64,000 nt of DNA, taken from the NCBI GenBank assembly GCA_963703285.1, contig OY969807.1, positions 224,001 through 288,000 of the forward strand. Reading direction: 5' to 3'. Origin of the DNA: an uncultured Nitrososphaerota archaeon (GTDB lineage: Archaea > Thermoproteota > Nitrososphaeria > Nitrososphaerales > Gagatemarchaeaceae). Positions within the stretch are counted from its first letter, which is position 1, and each line of letters opens with the position of its first letter. The position numbers were made by a program, and so were the translations under genes. Below are positions 1 through 8,579 of the stretch, one piece after another. The notes below the pieces were generated by a model. It made no database searches. It was not told where the DNA came from and worked only from the letters and a program-made list of their open reading frames with translations.

Positions 1-2
1 TC

Positions 3-1187
3 TACCTCCCAAGGATGACGGGCAGGATGTTCCACGATGGTATGGCCAAGGCCCACTTCATCCTCTCGTTCGTAGGGTTCAACGTCCTCTACTTCCCGAT
101 GTTCTTCCTCTACGACATGCCTAGGCGCATCTACTTCTACCAGTCGATACCGACCTGGAACCTCCTCAACGCGATCTCGACGGTCGGGGCCTTCGTCTTC
201 GCATTCGCGCAGATACTCTTCGTCCTCAACCTGTACTACACGTACAGGAGGGGCGCGGTCGCTCCGATCAACCCGTGGGGGGCGACGGGACTGGAGTGGA
301 CCCCGGCCATCATGGGGGCATCGGGCGCCCACGATGCGGGCCCCTCCCCGGCCGGTGCAGGGTCGGGGTATCTTGAGAACGAGATGGAGGGGGGCCACGA
401 GGGCGGGCACGAAGCGCACTACAGCTCGAGACCCATACAGCTCTCGGCCGGGATTGCGACGACCTTCTTCGGGCTGTGCCTGCTCACCTGGTATCAGACT
501 TCCAGCGTCCTGATAATGCTCGCCGGCTTCGTCATCCTGGGCTACACTCTCATCGAGTGGGGCGCCGACGACACCAGGAACAGGTTCAAGTTCCCCGACT
601 ACCCGACGGAGAGATGGCCGTTCAACAGCATCCCCAAGCTCCGCCTCGCCATGTGGATATTCCTCTCTTCGGACATCATCGTCTTCGGGGCGATAATCTC
701 CAGCGACCTTTACCTGAGGGTGAACTCTCCCATAGCCTGGCCCCTGCCGGGGTCCATCCATGACGTAACGCTTGGACTGATACTGACCATCGTCCTGCTC
801 ACGAGCGGCCTCACTGCGGTCCTCGCGCTAGAGTCGGCGAAGAAGGGTGAGAACTCGAACCTGATTCGCTACCTCACCGCGACGTTCGCCCTTGGGGCCG
901 CGTTCGTGATTATACACGGTTACGAATGGTACGGCTACATCGTCACCAAGGTTCCGTCCTTCGCGCCATGGGGTGGGACGCTCCCGGAGAGCACTTACTT
1001 CTTCACAGTGGGGCTCCACGCGGCCCACGTCACTACGGGGCTGGTGATAATGGCCTACCTCATCAACAAGGCCAGGAAGGGAGGGTTCACGAAGGACAAC
1101 TTCACCGGCGTCGAAAACTTCGCGCTCTACTGGGCATTCGTCGACCTTATCTGGGTCTTCATCTTCCCGCTGTTCTACCTATTGTAG
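3..1187 (+). CDS. Heme-copper oxidase subunit I C-terminus fused to subunit III (5' partial, SoxM/CoxAC-like)
   Basis: Subunit I tail (AHF..F.GFN..YFPM...MPRRI..Y, NPWGATGLEW) followed in frame by subunit III motifs (MWIFLSSD..VFG, GLHAAHV, LYWAFVDLIWVFIFPLFY); frame is open to the window edge. Confidence 0.9.
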   Translation, partial: YLPRMTGRMFHDGMAKAHFILSFVGFNVLYFPMFFLYDMPRRIYFYQSIPTWNLLNAISTVGAFVFAFAQILFVLNLYYTYRRGAVAPINPWGATGLEWTPAIMGASGAHDAGPSPAGAGSGYLENEMEGGHEGGHEAHYSSRPIQLSAGIATTFFGLCLLTWYQTSSVLIMLAGFVILGYTLIEWGADDTRNRFKFPDYPTERWPFNSIPKLRLAMWIFLSSDIIVFGAIISSDLYLRVNSPIAWPLPGSIHDVTLGLILTIVLLTSGLTAVLALESAKKGENSNLIRYLTATFALGAAFVIIHGYEWYGYIVTKVPSFAPWGGTLPESTYFFTVGLHAAHVTTGLVIMAYLINKARKGGFTKDNFTGVENFALYWAFVDLIWVFIFPLFYLL

Positions 1188-1195
1188 GTGTAGCG

Positions 1196-1462
1196 ATGAA
1201 AACAAGCCTAGCGCTAGGAGTCTGGCTGTACCTGGTCGTGGCCTCGGTGGTGGAGGTCGCCCTGTTTGAGATCCACCCTGGAAACCTGAACATCGACATC
1301 GGCATATCCCTGCTTGCCTCCGTGAGCGCGGTGCTCACCGCCCTCTTCTCGATGAACCTAAGGGAGGAGTCTACGGCGATCAAGTACCTCTTCCTGATAC
1401 CCGTCCTGCTCGTCGGCGTCCTGTTGATTACGCTGCTGCTCTCGTTTCCGATAATCCAGTGA
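1196..1462 (+). CDS. Cytochrome oxidase subunit IV-like small membrane protein
   Basis: ATG at 1196 inside track ORF 926..1462; three hydrophobic segments and FSMNLREE (cf. FMHL.E of CoxIV); directly follows subunit III. Confidence 0.7.
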   Translation: MKTSLALGVWLYLVVASVVEVALFEIHPGNLNIDIGISLLASVSAVLTALFSMNLREESTAIKYLFLIPVLLVGVLLITLLLSFPIIQ

Positions 1463-1959
1463 GAAACATGGGCTACAACATGACACGTCAATCGAGAATG
1501 GTCGTGGCGCTCGTCGTGATAATCGCCGTCGTCATTCCGATAGCGCTCGGGGCGGCCCTCATCACGGGCGGTCTTCCAGCTTCCGACCTTCCGACGACTT
1601 CTGTGAGCCTACCGATCACTTCCATCTCTACTTCGTCCACCAGTTCCACCTCGGGCACCGGCCTGACCGCGACCATCACCATCCCCCAGGGCGCGGGCGG
1701 TGCGCAGGAGCTCAACTTCGCACCTGCGACGCTGAGTGTTGCCGCCGGCACGACGATCACCTTCGTCGACCAGGACAACACCGCGATATACCACGACGTC
1801 GACTTCATGACGGGGCCCTCGGGAGCGACGCTGCCCTCGACGTCGCCCAACCTGAAACAGGGTGATACCTTCACCGTCATGCTCACCACGCCCGGGACCT
1901 ACACCTACGTCTGCGACTACCACGCTTGGATGAAGGGGACCATAACGGTCACGGGCTGA
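1459..1959 (+). CDS. Membrane-anchored plastocyanin/cupredoxin (type-1 blue copper)
   Basis: N-terminal TM, Ser/Thr linker, F.P..L.V..GTT.TF, upstream His (YHDV) and CDYHAWM ligand loop; exact start uncertain (1459/1468/1480). Confidence 0.9.
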   Translation: MRNMGYNMTRQSRMVVALVVIIAVVIPIALGAALITGGLPASDLPTTSVSLPITSISTSSTSSTSGTGLTATITIPQGAGGAQELNFAPATLSVAAGTTITFVDQDNTAIYHDVDFMTGPSGATLPSTSPNLKQGDTFTVMLTTPGTYTYVCDYHAWMKGTITVTG

Positions 1960-2097
1960 TATCATCGTTACCGCAACAGGTTTAAGACGGCAGACACAGC
2001 GTCGGCGAAGGCGCCCGAATTGCCGCGCTCCCCGAACTCCTCAGGTGCATCGTGGGTCGGGGCACCTCGCAGTCTGCCATCCTCTGAGGGCAGAGGC

Positions 2098-2532
2098 GTG
2101 TCCTCTCTCGGGAAGAAGCTGTCCCTCTCGACAATCATCATCCTTGTCATAGCCGTCGCCGCGGGAATCGGGGCGTACTACGGAGGCGGCCCGACGCCAC
2201 CTTCCGCGAGCGTGACGACGGACGCTTGCTCCGCCCAGGGAGTGCAGCTGGTTCTCCCGCAGAACCTTGAGACGCGCGCGGGCCAACTCATCCAGCCGCC
2301 GACCCTTGTCCTCGTCATCGGCGTCAATAACACGATGGTCTGGAACGATCAGGACCCGGTCGAGTCCGACACGGTGATCTCCTCTGTGGTGCCACAGGGG
2401 GCGCTGCAGTGGGACATCGAGGGGATGACTGCGGGCAACACCTACTGCACGACCCTGACGGTGCCTGGGACATACATCTACAAGATTGACACCTTCGTCC
2501 CCGTCTTCATCACGGTGAAGTCGCTTCAGTAA
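2098..2532 (+). CDS. Cupredoxin-fold membrane protein lacking the type-1 Cu ligand loop
   Basis: GTG start, TM helix, P.TLVLVIGVNNTMVW.D.D and TLTVPGTY.Y as in thaumarchaeal cupredoxins, but no C-x2-H-x2-M. Confidence 0.6.
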   Translation: MSSLGKKLSLSTIIILVIAVAAGIGAYYGGGPTPPSASVTTDACSAQGVQLVLPQNLETRAGQLIQPPTLVLVIGVNNTMVWNDQDPVESDTVISSVVPQGALQWDIEGMTAGNTYCTTLTVPGTYIYKIDTFVPVFITVKSLQ

Positions 2533-2878
2533 ACGCGCGACCTGCGTCTATGTTTTTTCTAACAAACCGCACGCGCCCGAATCTCGGCAGACTCTTTTTC
2601 AACCGATTTCAGCCAACGGCCCACGCGTCGCCTCTGCCCATCGGACAAAGCGTTTCGATTCTATCTTCTAATCATGTCCCTCACCAGCGCGCATCGGCAG
2701 TTTTCGAGTTGCGGGCAAAAATCTGAGAAATGGCGATTGTGTTCTGAGGGGTGGTTTCCTCCTATGCTATTTTCCGGTCGCAAAAAGTCTCTGTTTTCCC
2801 TAAAAACCTCGATTCTTGCCGCTTTACCAAGAGCTTATATACGAATGCCTACGCTCATGCTGCGAGGAAAAGACAGCT

Positions 2879-3028
2879 GTGGTAACTGGCTACTGCGTCT
2901 ACGAGAAGAAGAAGAACAGGGAGATCAAGAACCCGAAGCAGATCAAGCTCAAGAACGGGAGAGCTGCTGTCAAGGGAACTTGCGGGTCCTGCGGAAAGCC
3001 CATATTCCGTATCGGCAAACTGAAGTAA
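2879..3028 (+). CDS. Small basic DUF5679-like protein (putative DNA-binding/chromatin protein)
   Basis: GYCV.EK...EIKNPKQIKLKNGR.AVKGTC..CG..IFRIG; TATA-like CTTATATA near 2834; T-tract after the stop. Confidence 0.7.
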   Translation: MVTGYCVYEKKKNREIKNPKQIKLKNGRAAVKGTCGSCGKPIFRIGKLK

Positions 3029-3039
3029 GTCGAGTCTCC

Positions 3040-3058
3040 CTTCCTTTTTATTTTCATT
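3040..3058 (+). terminator. Oligo-T archaeal terminator
   Basis: CTTCCTTTTTATTTTCATT just downstream of the 3028 stop. Confidence 0.5.
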
Positions 3059-3098
3059 CAGAAGAGCTTATCACATCAGTCTCCGCGGCCCCACCGAC

Positions 3099-4502
3099 TT
3101 GGCCCTCCGTCTCTACAACAGCCTCGGGAGAAAGGTCAGCCTCTTCACGCCGATGGTGGAGGGCGAGGTACGCATGTACACCTGCGGGCCGACCGTCTGG
3201 AACTACGCTCACGTCGGAAACTTCAGGACCTTCGTCTCCGAGGACATCCTCAGGCGCTACCTCCTCTTCAAGGGCTACAAGGTGATCCAAGCCAAGAACC
3301 TTACGGACGTCGAGGACAGGATAATCGAAGGCATGAGGAAGACGGGGATGACGCTGAAGGAGCTCACGGACCTCTACGCCAAGGCCTTCATGGAGGACCT
3401 CGACGCGCTGAACATCCAGCGGGCGGAGCACTACCCGAGGGCGACGGAGCACATCCCCGAGATGGAGGCGCTGATAAAGTCCCTCCTCAAGCGGGGATAC
3501 GCCTACCGTGCCGACGACGGCTCGACCTACTACTCAATCAGGAAGTTCAAACGCTACGGCAGGCTCTCGGGCGTCAAGGTCCAAGACCTCAAGGAAGGGG
3601 CCCGCGTCTCGGCCGACCACTACGAGAAGATGGGAGCGCACGACTTCGCGCTCTGGAAGGCCTGGGACGAGAAGGACGGCGAAGTCTTCTGGGAGAGCGA
3701 GCTGGGGAAGGGAAGGCCCGGATGGCACATCGAGTGCTCGGCCATGGCGATAAGGTATCTCGGCGAGAGCTTCGACATACACACCGGTGGTAAGGACCTC
3801 CGCTTCCCCCACCACGAGAACGAGATAGCGCAGTCCGAGGCCGTAACGGGCAAGAGGTTCGCGAAGTACTGGATGCACTGCGAATTCCTCAACGTCGAAG
3901 GAGAGAAGATGGCCAAGTCCGCAGGCAACTTCGTCACGCTTAGAGAGCTACTGGGGAGGGGTTGGAAGCCAAGAGAGGTGAGGCTCTTTCTGATCACCGC
4001 GCACTACAGGGACGAGCTCAACCTGACCGACGATTCCCTCAAGCAGGCGAGAGCGTCAATCGCTAGGATGGATTCTTTCTCGAGCAGGCTACGGGAAGCC
4101 AAGGTCCTTCAGATTGGCGTGGGGGGCGTTGTCGAGAGCCAATCCTTCCTTAGGGAGTTCGAGGGGGCCATGGACGACGACTTGAACGTACCGAAGGCGC
4201 TGGCTGCGCTTTACGGCTTCCAGAGGAGGATAAACTCTCTCATCGACACGGGGAAGCTGTCCAACCTTGGCAGAGTATCCGTGCTGGAGGCGCTTCGAAG
4301 GGCGGAATCCGTCCTCGGCATCATGGAGCCAGGGAAGAGCCTGGTCCTCCCGAAGGAGGTGGAGGGCCTTATCCGGGAGCGCGAGGACGCGCGCCGCGCA
4401 GGGGACTATGCTCGGGCCGACGGGATACGCGAGCGACTCAAGAAGATGGGGATATCCGTCGAGGACGTGCCGGGGGGCGGCACCTCGTGGAGAAGGGAGT
4501 GA
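3099..4502 (+). CDS. cysS: Cysteine--tRNA ligase
   Basis: YTCGPTV, HVGN, GRPGWHIECSAM, FPHHENE, KMAKS. Confidence 0.97.
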   Translation: MALRLYNSLGRKVSLFTPMVEGEVRMYTCGPTVWNYAHVGNFRTFVSEDILRRYLLFKGYKVIQAKNLTDVEDRIIEGMRKTGMTLKELTDLYAKAFMEDLDALNIQRAEHYPRATEHIPEMEALIKSLLKRGYAYRADDGSTYYSIRKFKRYGRLSGVKVQDLKEGARVSADHYEKMGAHDFALWKAWDEKDGEVFWESELGKGRPGWHIECSAMAIRYLGESFDIHTGGKDLRFPHHENEIAQSEAVTGKRFAKYWMHCEFLNVEGEKMAKSAGNFVTLRELLGRGWKPREVRLFLITAHYRDELNLTDDSLKQARASIARMDSFSSRLREAKVLQIGVGGVVESQSFLREFEGAMDDDLNVPKALAALYGFQRRINSLIDTGKLSNLGRVSVLEALRRAESVLGIMEPGKSLVLPKEVEGLIREREDARRAGDYARADGIRERLKKMGISVEDVPGGGTSWRRE

Positions 4503-4593
4503 CACCGGGCCTCGCCTTGTAAAGAACTCGCGCACAATCGCTCAACTTAGGTAAATCCATTCGCATTAGTTCCCCGGGACCGAAATCAACCCG

Positions 4594-6909
4594 ATGCAAA
4601 GGGAGGTCCCCGCCGCCTCTTCGCGTGAGATTTCGAGCCTGGTCCTGAAGCGGAGCGTCTACCTCTCGGCGGGCCACTCTATGCTGAGGGTCGACCCGGA
4701 CGGGACCGTGGCCTCGCTCCACTCCACGAAATATGGCAAGCTCCTGTTCGGAAGGGGTGGCGTCGAGCCGTTCAAGGTCCAGTCAGGGGTCATCATCTCT
4801 CAGAGGGCCAGAGAGCTGGGCTTCTCGCTCTCTCCCTCCGTCCTCCGCTTCTCGTCGCGCGGACAGGAGCAGGTCGGGGCTTCGCACACGCTCAGGCTCT
4901 GCGGTGATCAGTCGACCGGCTACGTCCGTCAATCGAGGTTCACGAACCGCTCCGACGCTCCCCTCAGGCTCAGGATCCTTACGATTCAAGACCCGACGAC
5001 GCTGAACTTCAGACCTGAGAGGGACGCTCCGGCGGAGATAGGTGTGAACGCCTTCAATCGGGGGGACCACGTGGTCATGGACGACGCGGGGGATACCACC
5101 GGGGTCAGGGTCGTCGGCTTCTCGCCGCAGCCCGGCGCGATTTACCTCACGAGGAGCAAGCAGAGGGCGCTCGAGGTTTTGGCCGGGGGAGATCTTCCCG
5201 AGACGACGGCAGGGATGTCCGGCGCCATCCTCCTGCTCAGCCAGCACGACGCGGAGATTCCCGCGGGCGGCGCGTTCGAGCTCGAGGTGACGTCACTCTA
5301 TCACGGGTCATCGCTCGAAGTCGCGCTCTCGGAGCTCCGGTCGAGAGCCCCCAGCGCGCGCACCCCGCACGAACGAGGGCGGCCGACCTTCAGGTGCTCG
5401 AACCCCTCTCTCAACTTCTCCTTCGCATGGGCCGGGGCGGCCATAGACTCGGTCGAGAGGACGACGGACCTGCTGGACAGGATCTCCAGCGGTCCGGGGG
5501 TCTCCATTCTCAGGCCGGAGCTGTTCGAGAGGGAATTCCTCGAGCTCAAGGGATACCAATCGAGGGACGGGATGGTGCGCCACTCAAGCGCAGAGAGGGG
5601 AGGCCCCCTCGAGACCTCGCTCTTCGTCATCAACGCCTTCCTGCACCTCAGCCTCGTTAGTGACAGGAAGCTCGCCAGAAGGTGGTACCCTGCGCTCAGG
5701 AAGGCGGGGAACGCCCTCCGCAAGGCCGCTTCGGACGGTCTGATAGTCACGCCGCCAGGGTCTCCCGACGGGTGGAGGAGGCGCCTCCGTTCCGGCTACC
5801 CCACGGGCTGCGTCAGCGAGGTGAACTTCGCCGCCTCAGGCGCCCTCGCGTGCCTTTCGACCCTCGCCCGCTCGCTCAACAAGGGGAACGATGCCTCCGC
5901 GTTCGGCGGCGCGTCCGAGGCCATCCTGCGGTCGGTGGACGGGCGCCTGCGGGAGGTCGAGACGGGCAAGCTCGCGCTCAACCTGGATCCCCGCGGCAGG
6001 CTGCACGCTGAGACGACCGTCGATCAGGCAGTCGCCCTTTCTTACTCCGCGCCCGACACCAGCCTGGCTTCCTCCATCGTCCGCCGGCTCCTGGAGAAGG
6101 ACTTCGAGACGGGGTACGGGCCGAGGTGCGTCTCGAGGAGCAACAACCTGTACTACAGCCCCGACTACGGTGAGGGCCAGCTGGGGGGCTACTGGACGAG
6201 GGCCTCCCTCGCGCACGCGATACTCGCCTTCTCCTCGGGTCAACCCGCCATCGGCAGCGCCCAGCTCGAGAAGGTCTCGGCGCTCGTAGGCTTGGATTGC
6301 GAGAAGATGGGCGGCGTCCCCGGCGAGTTCCCTTACTGGTTGGACGCCGACCGCATGCAGATGGGCTCGGTCGGCTCGGACACGGTCGCCGCCTCGCGGT
6401 TCGTCCAGGCGCTCCTCGTCGGGGAGTTGGGCATGAGAGCCGCGCCGGGACGTCTGAGCTTCAACTTGCCCGACGACTCGCGGCTCCGCTGGCTCTTGCT
6501 GTCCTCCGCCAGGTTCGGCGGGGGAGGGTCCATCTTCGCAGGCCGAACCAGCTCGGGGACGTTCGTCGCCACGAGCTTCGTGGGCGCCGAGGTCCCGGGA
6601 TTGACCAGGCACGAGGGGAGCGAGTTCCTGGAGACAGCGCCCCCTATCGACTCCGTCGTCTTCTGGGACAACTCGTCCCTGCTGATCTGCGCCGGAAACG
6701 CCTCCAATTCGCGGGCCTCGGGGACGGTCTCGGTGAGGACGAGGGGCAGGCCGCTGGCCTCCTCTCTCTTCGTGGACGTTCAGGAGTACGACCAGGAACG
6801 CATGTCCTGGGGAGGCGCAGAGCGCAGGCGCCTCCCCGAGAGCCTGGAGATGAGGGTCGAACTCCAGCCGAACTCTTGGAAGGCCTACAGGGCCGTCCGG
6901 ATGGCCTAG
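4594..6909 (+). CDS. Six-hairpin glycosidase / amylo-alpha-1,6-glucosidase-like protein
   Basis: C-terminal half resembles the debranching-enzyme (alpha/alpha)6 domain (EVN, TGYGPRCVS...YSP.Y..G..GGYW, G.FP); divergent. Confidence 0.5.
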   Translation: MQREVPAASSREISSLVLKRSVYLSAGHSMLRVDPDGTVASLHSTKYGKLLFGRGGVEPFKVQSGVIISQRARELGFSLSPSVLRFSSRGQEQVGASHTLRLCGDQSTGYVRQSRFTNRSDAPLRLRILTIQDPTTLNFRPERDAPAEIGVNAFNRGDHVVMDDAGDTTGVRVVGFSPQPGAIYLTRSKQRALEVLAGGDLPETTAGMSGAILLLSQHDAEIPAGGAFELEVTSLYHGSSLEVALSELRSRAPSARTPHERGRPTFRCSNPSLNFSFAWAGAAIDSVERTTDLLDRISSGPGVSILRPELFEREFLELKGYQSRDGMVRHSSAERGGPLETSLFVINAFLHLSLVSDRKLARRWYPALRKAGNALRKAASDGLIVTPPGSPDGWRRRLRSGYPTGCVSEVNFAASGALACLSTLARSLNKGNDASAFGGASEAILRSVDGRLREVETGKLALNLDPRGRLHAETTVDQAVALSYSAPDTSLASSIVRRLLEKDFETGYGPRCVSRSNNLYYSPDYGEGQLGGYWTRASLAHAILAFSSGQPAIGSAQLEKVSALVGLDCEKMGGVPGEFPYWLDADRMQMGSVGSDTVAASRFVQALLVGELGMRAAPGRLSFNLPDDSRLRWLLLSSARFGGGGSIFAGRTSSGTFVATSFVGAEVPGLTRHEGSEFLETAPPIDSVVFWDNSSLLICAGNASNSRASGTVSVRTRGRPLASSLFVDVQEYDQERMSWGGAERRRLPESLEMRVELQPNSWKAYRAVRMA

Positions 6910-7012
6910 ATTCCACACCGGGCGGAGTGCCCCGGGATGGCGGTCGCTGCCGCCTCCGGTCAGATAACGTCATTAACCAGACCCTTCGCCTCGGGGTGCA
7001 GGTCAATCCCTT

Positions 7013-7996
7013 TTGGGCAGGGCAAAGGTCTCGCTCCGCAACGGCATCACCATCGACTACGGGGTCGTTTCGTATGCGCTAGATCCGAAGGGTCCGTCCA
7101 AGACCGACTACACCTTCGTCTCCCATGCGCACATGGACCACGTCCAGACCCCCGACCCCAAGACCAAGGTCGTGGCGTCGAAGGAGACGCGCCTGCTCGC
7201 CAAGGCCAGGGGTTTCGATCTCGGCAGGACGACGGAGAGCGTCGAGGGAGTGAGGCTCCTGGACTCGGGGCACATACTCGGCGCAAGGGCGATCTGCATA
7301 GGGGACGAACTCCTCTACACAGGGGACGCCGCCGGGCGGGACCGCGCGTTCATGGGGAGGTGCAAGACCCGCAAGGCGAGGATGCTCATAACGGAGTCCA
7401 CGTTCGGGAAGCCCAGCTACGTCTTCCCACCAATCGCACGCATAGTCAAGGAGGTGAACTCGACCATAGGGACGTTGTTCGACAAGGGTCGGCCCGTTGT
7501 CCTCATGGGGTACGCCCTAGGCAAGTCGCAGGTCCTGTCCCACCTGTTCTCTTCTTGGAGCCCCTTCTACGTGCACGCGAGGGTGGCCGAGATCAACGAG
7601 GTCTACAGGTCCTGCGGTGTCGACCTCAGGAAGGGGAAGGTCGTGGGGTCCGACCTCGCCGGCATCTCGCCGGGGCCGTGGGTTATGGTCGCCCCGATGA
7701 TGAGCTCGAGGAGTTCGTTCGCGCTCCGTCTGAAGAAGGACTACGGCGCCGCCTTCGCCGCCTTCAGCGGTTGGGCGGCCGACCCCGGATACGCGCGCTC
7801 GATCGGGGCGGACTTCGCCTTCCCCGTCAGCGACCACTGCGACTACCAGGAGCTCCTGGAGCTCGTGAAGGAGGTCTCCCCCGAGATCGTCTACACGACA
7901 CACGGCTTCACCACGGAGTTCGCGCTCGACCTAAGGAGGCTGGGGTTCGACGCGAGGCCGATGAACGGGTACCAGTCCTTCCTCTCCGACTACTAG
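7013..7996 (+). CDS. MBL-fold beta-CASP exonuclease (SNM1/Artemis-like)
   Basis: SHAHMDH, GHILG, YTGD, ESTFG.P, YALGKSQ, SGWA, SDHCD, THG. Confidence 0.88.
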   Translation: MGRAKVSLRNGITIDYGVVSYALDPKGPSKTDYTFVSHAHMDHVQTPDPKTKVVASKETRLLAKARGFDLGRTTESVEGVRLLDSGHILGARAICIGDELLYTGDAAGRDRAFMGRCKTRKARMLITESTFGKPSYVFPPIARIVKEVNSTIGTLFDKGRPVVLMGYALGKSQVLSHLFSSWSPFYVHARVAEINEVYRSCGVDLRKGKVVGSDLAGISPGPWVMVAPMMSSRSSFALRLKKDYGAAFAAFSGWAADPGYARSIGADFAFPVSDHCDYQELLELVKEVSPEIVYTTHGFTTEFALDLRRLGFDARPMNGYQSFLSDY

Positions 7997-8010
7997 GGCG
8001 GTCGTCTGGA

Positions 8011-8412
8011 TTACTTTGCAGGCTCGACGGCCACCGGGGCCGCCTCGGGCTTGAACTCCTTCAGGAAGGCCACAAGCGAGACGAAGTTAGGGTTGTTGCT
8101 CGCGTTTCTCAGCGGGACCTTGATGTCCTGGTTCGCCAGGTTGATCGGGAAGTGGGACTGGAACCCCACCCGGGTGAAGGTGACCGAGAAGAGGTGAAGC
8201 TTCCCGTTCAGTGCGTCCCTGACGACGTCGTCGGAGTCCGGAAACCTCCAGACGGAGAAGGCTATCCCGTCTATCCAGTTCACCGTGGGGATGACTGAGA
8301 TCTGCTGCCCCAGGTTCTGGCGCATGACCTCCTCGAAGAACGTCTTGTTGTCGTACTCCAGGACCTGGTGCACGACTATCTGCTCCGCAGGTTCGTAAAT
8401 TATCCGCGGCAC
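8011..8412 (-). CDS. Hypothetical protein
   Basis: GTG start (MPRIIYEPAEQIVVH...), TTTATTA about 30 nt upstream, codon usage typical of the genome. Confidence 0.7.
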   Translation of the reverse strand: MPRIIYEPAEQIVVHQVLEYDNKTFFEEVMRQNLGQQISVIPTVNWIDGIAFSVWRFPDSDDVVRDALNGKLHLFSVTFTRVGFQSHFPINLANQDIKVPLRNASNNPNFVSLVAFLKEFKPEAAPVAVEPAK

Positions 8413-8579
8413 GTTCTGTCGGCCGAAGGGGCGTCTCCCCCCTAATAAATACGGCTCGGTAAACGGGGTTTCAGGCCCGAGCCATCTCCTCTCCGAGGCC
8501 GGGACGCCCGACGATCTCCCCCGGCAGCATTCCTGCAAATCTTTTAACGCCGTGCGGCTCCAAGCGAGCCGGCAAATGA

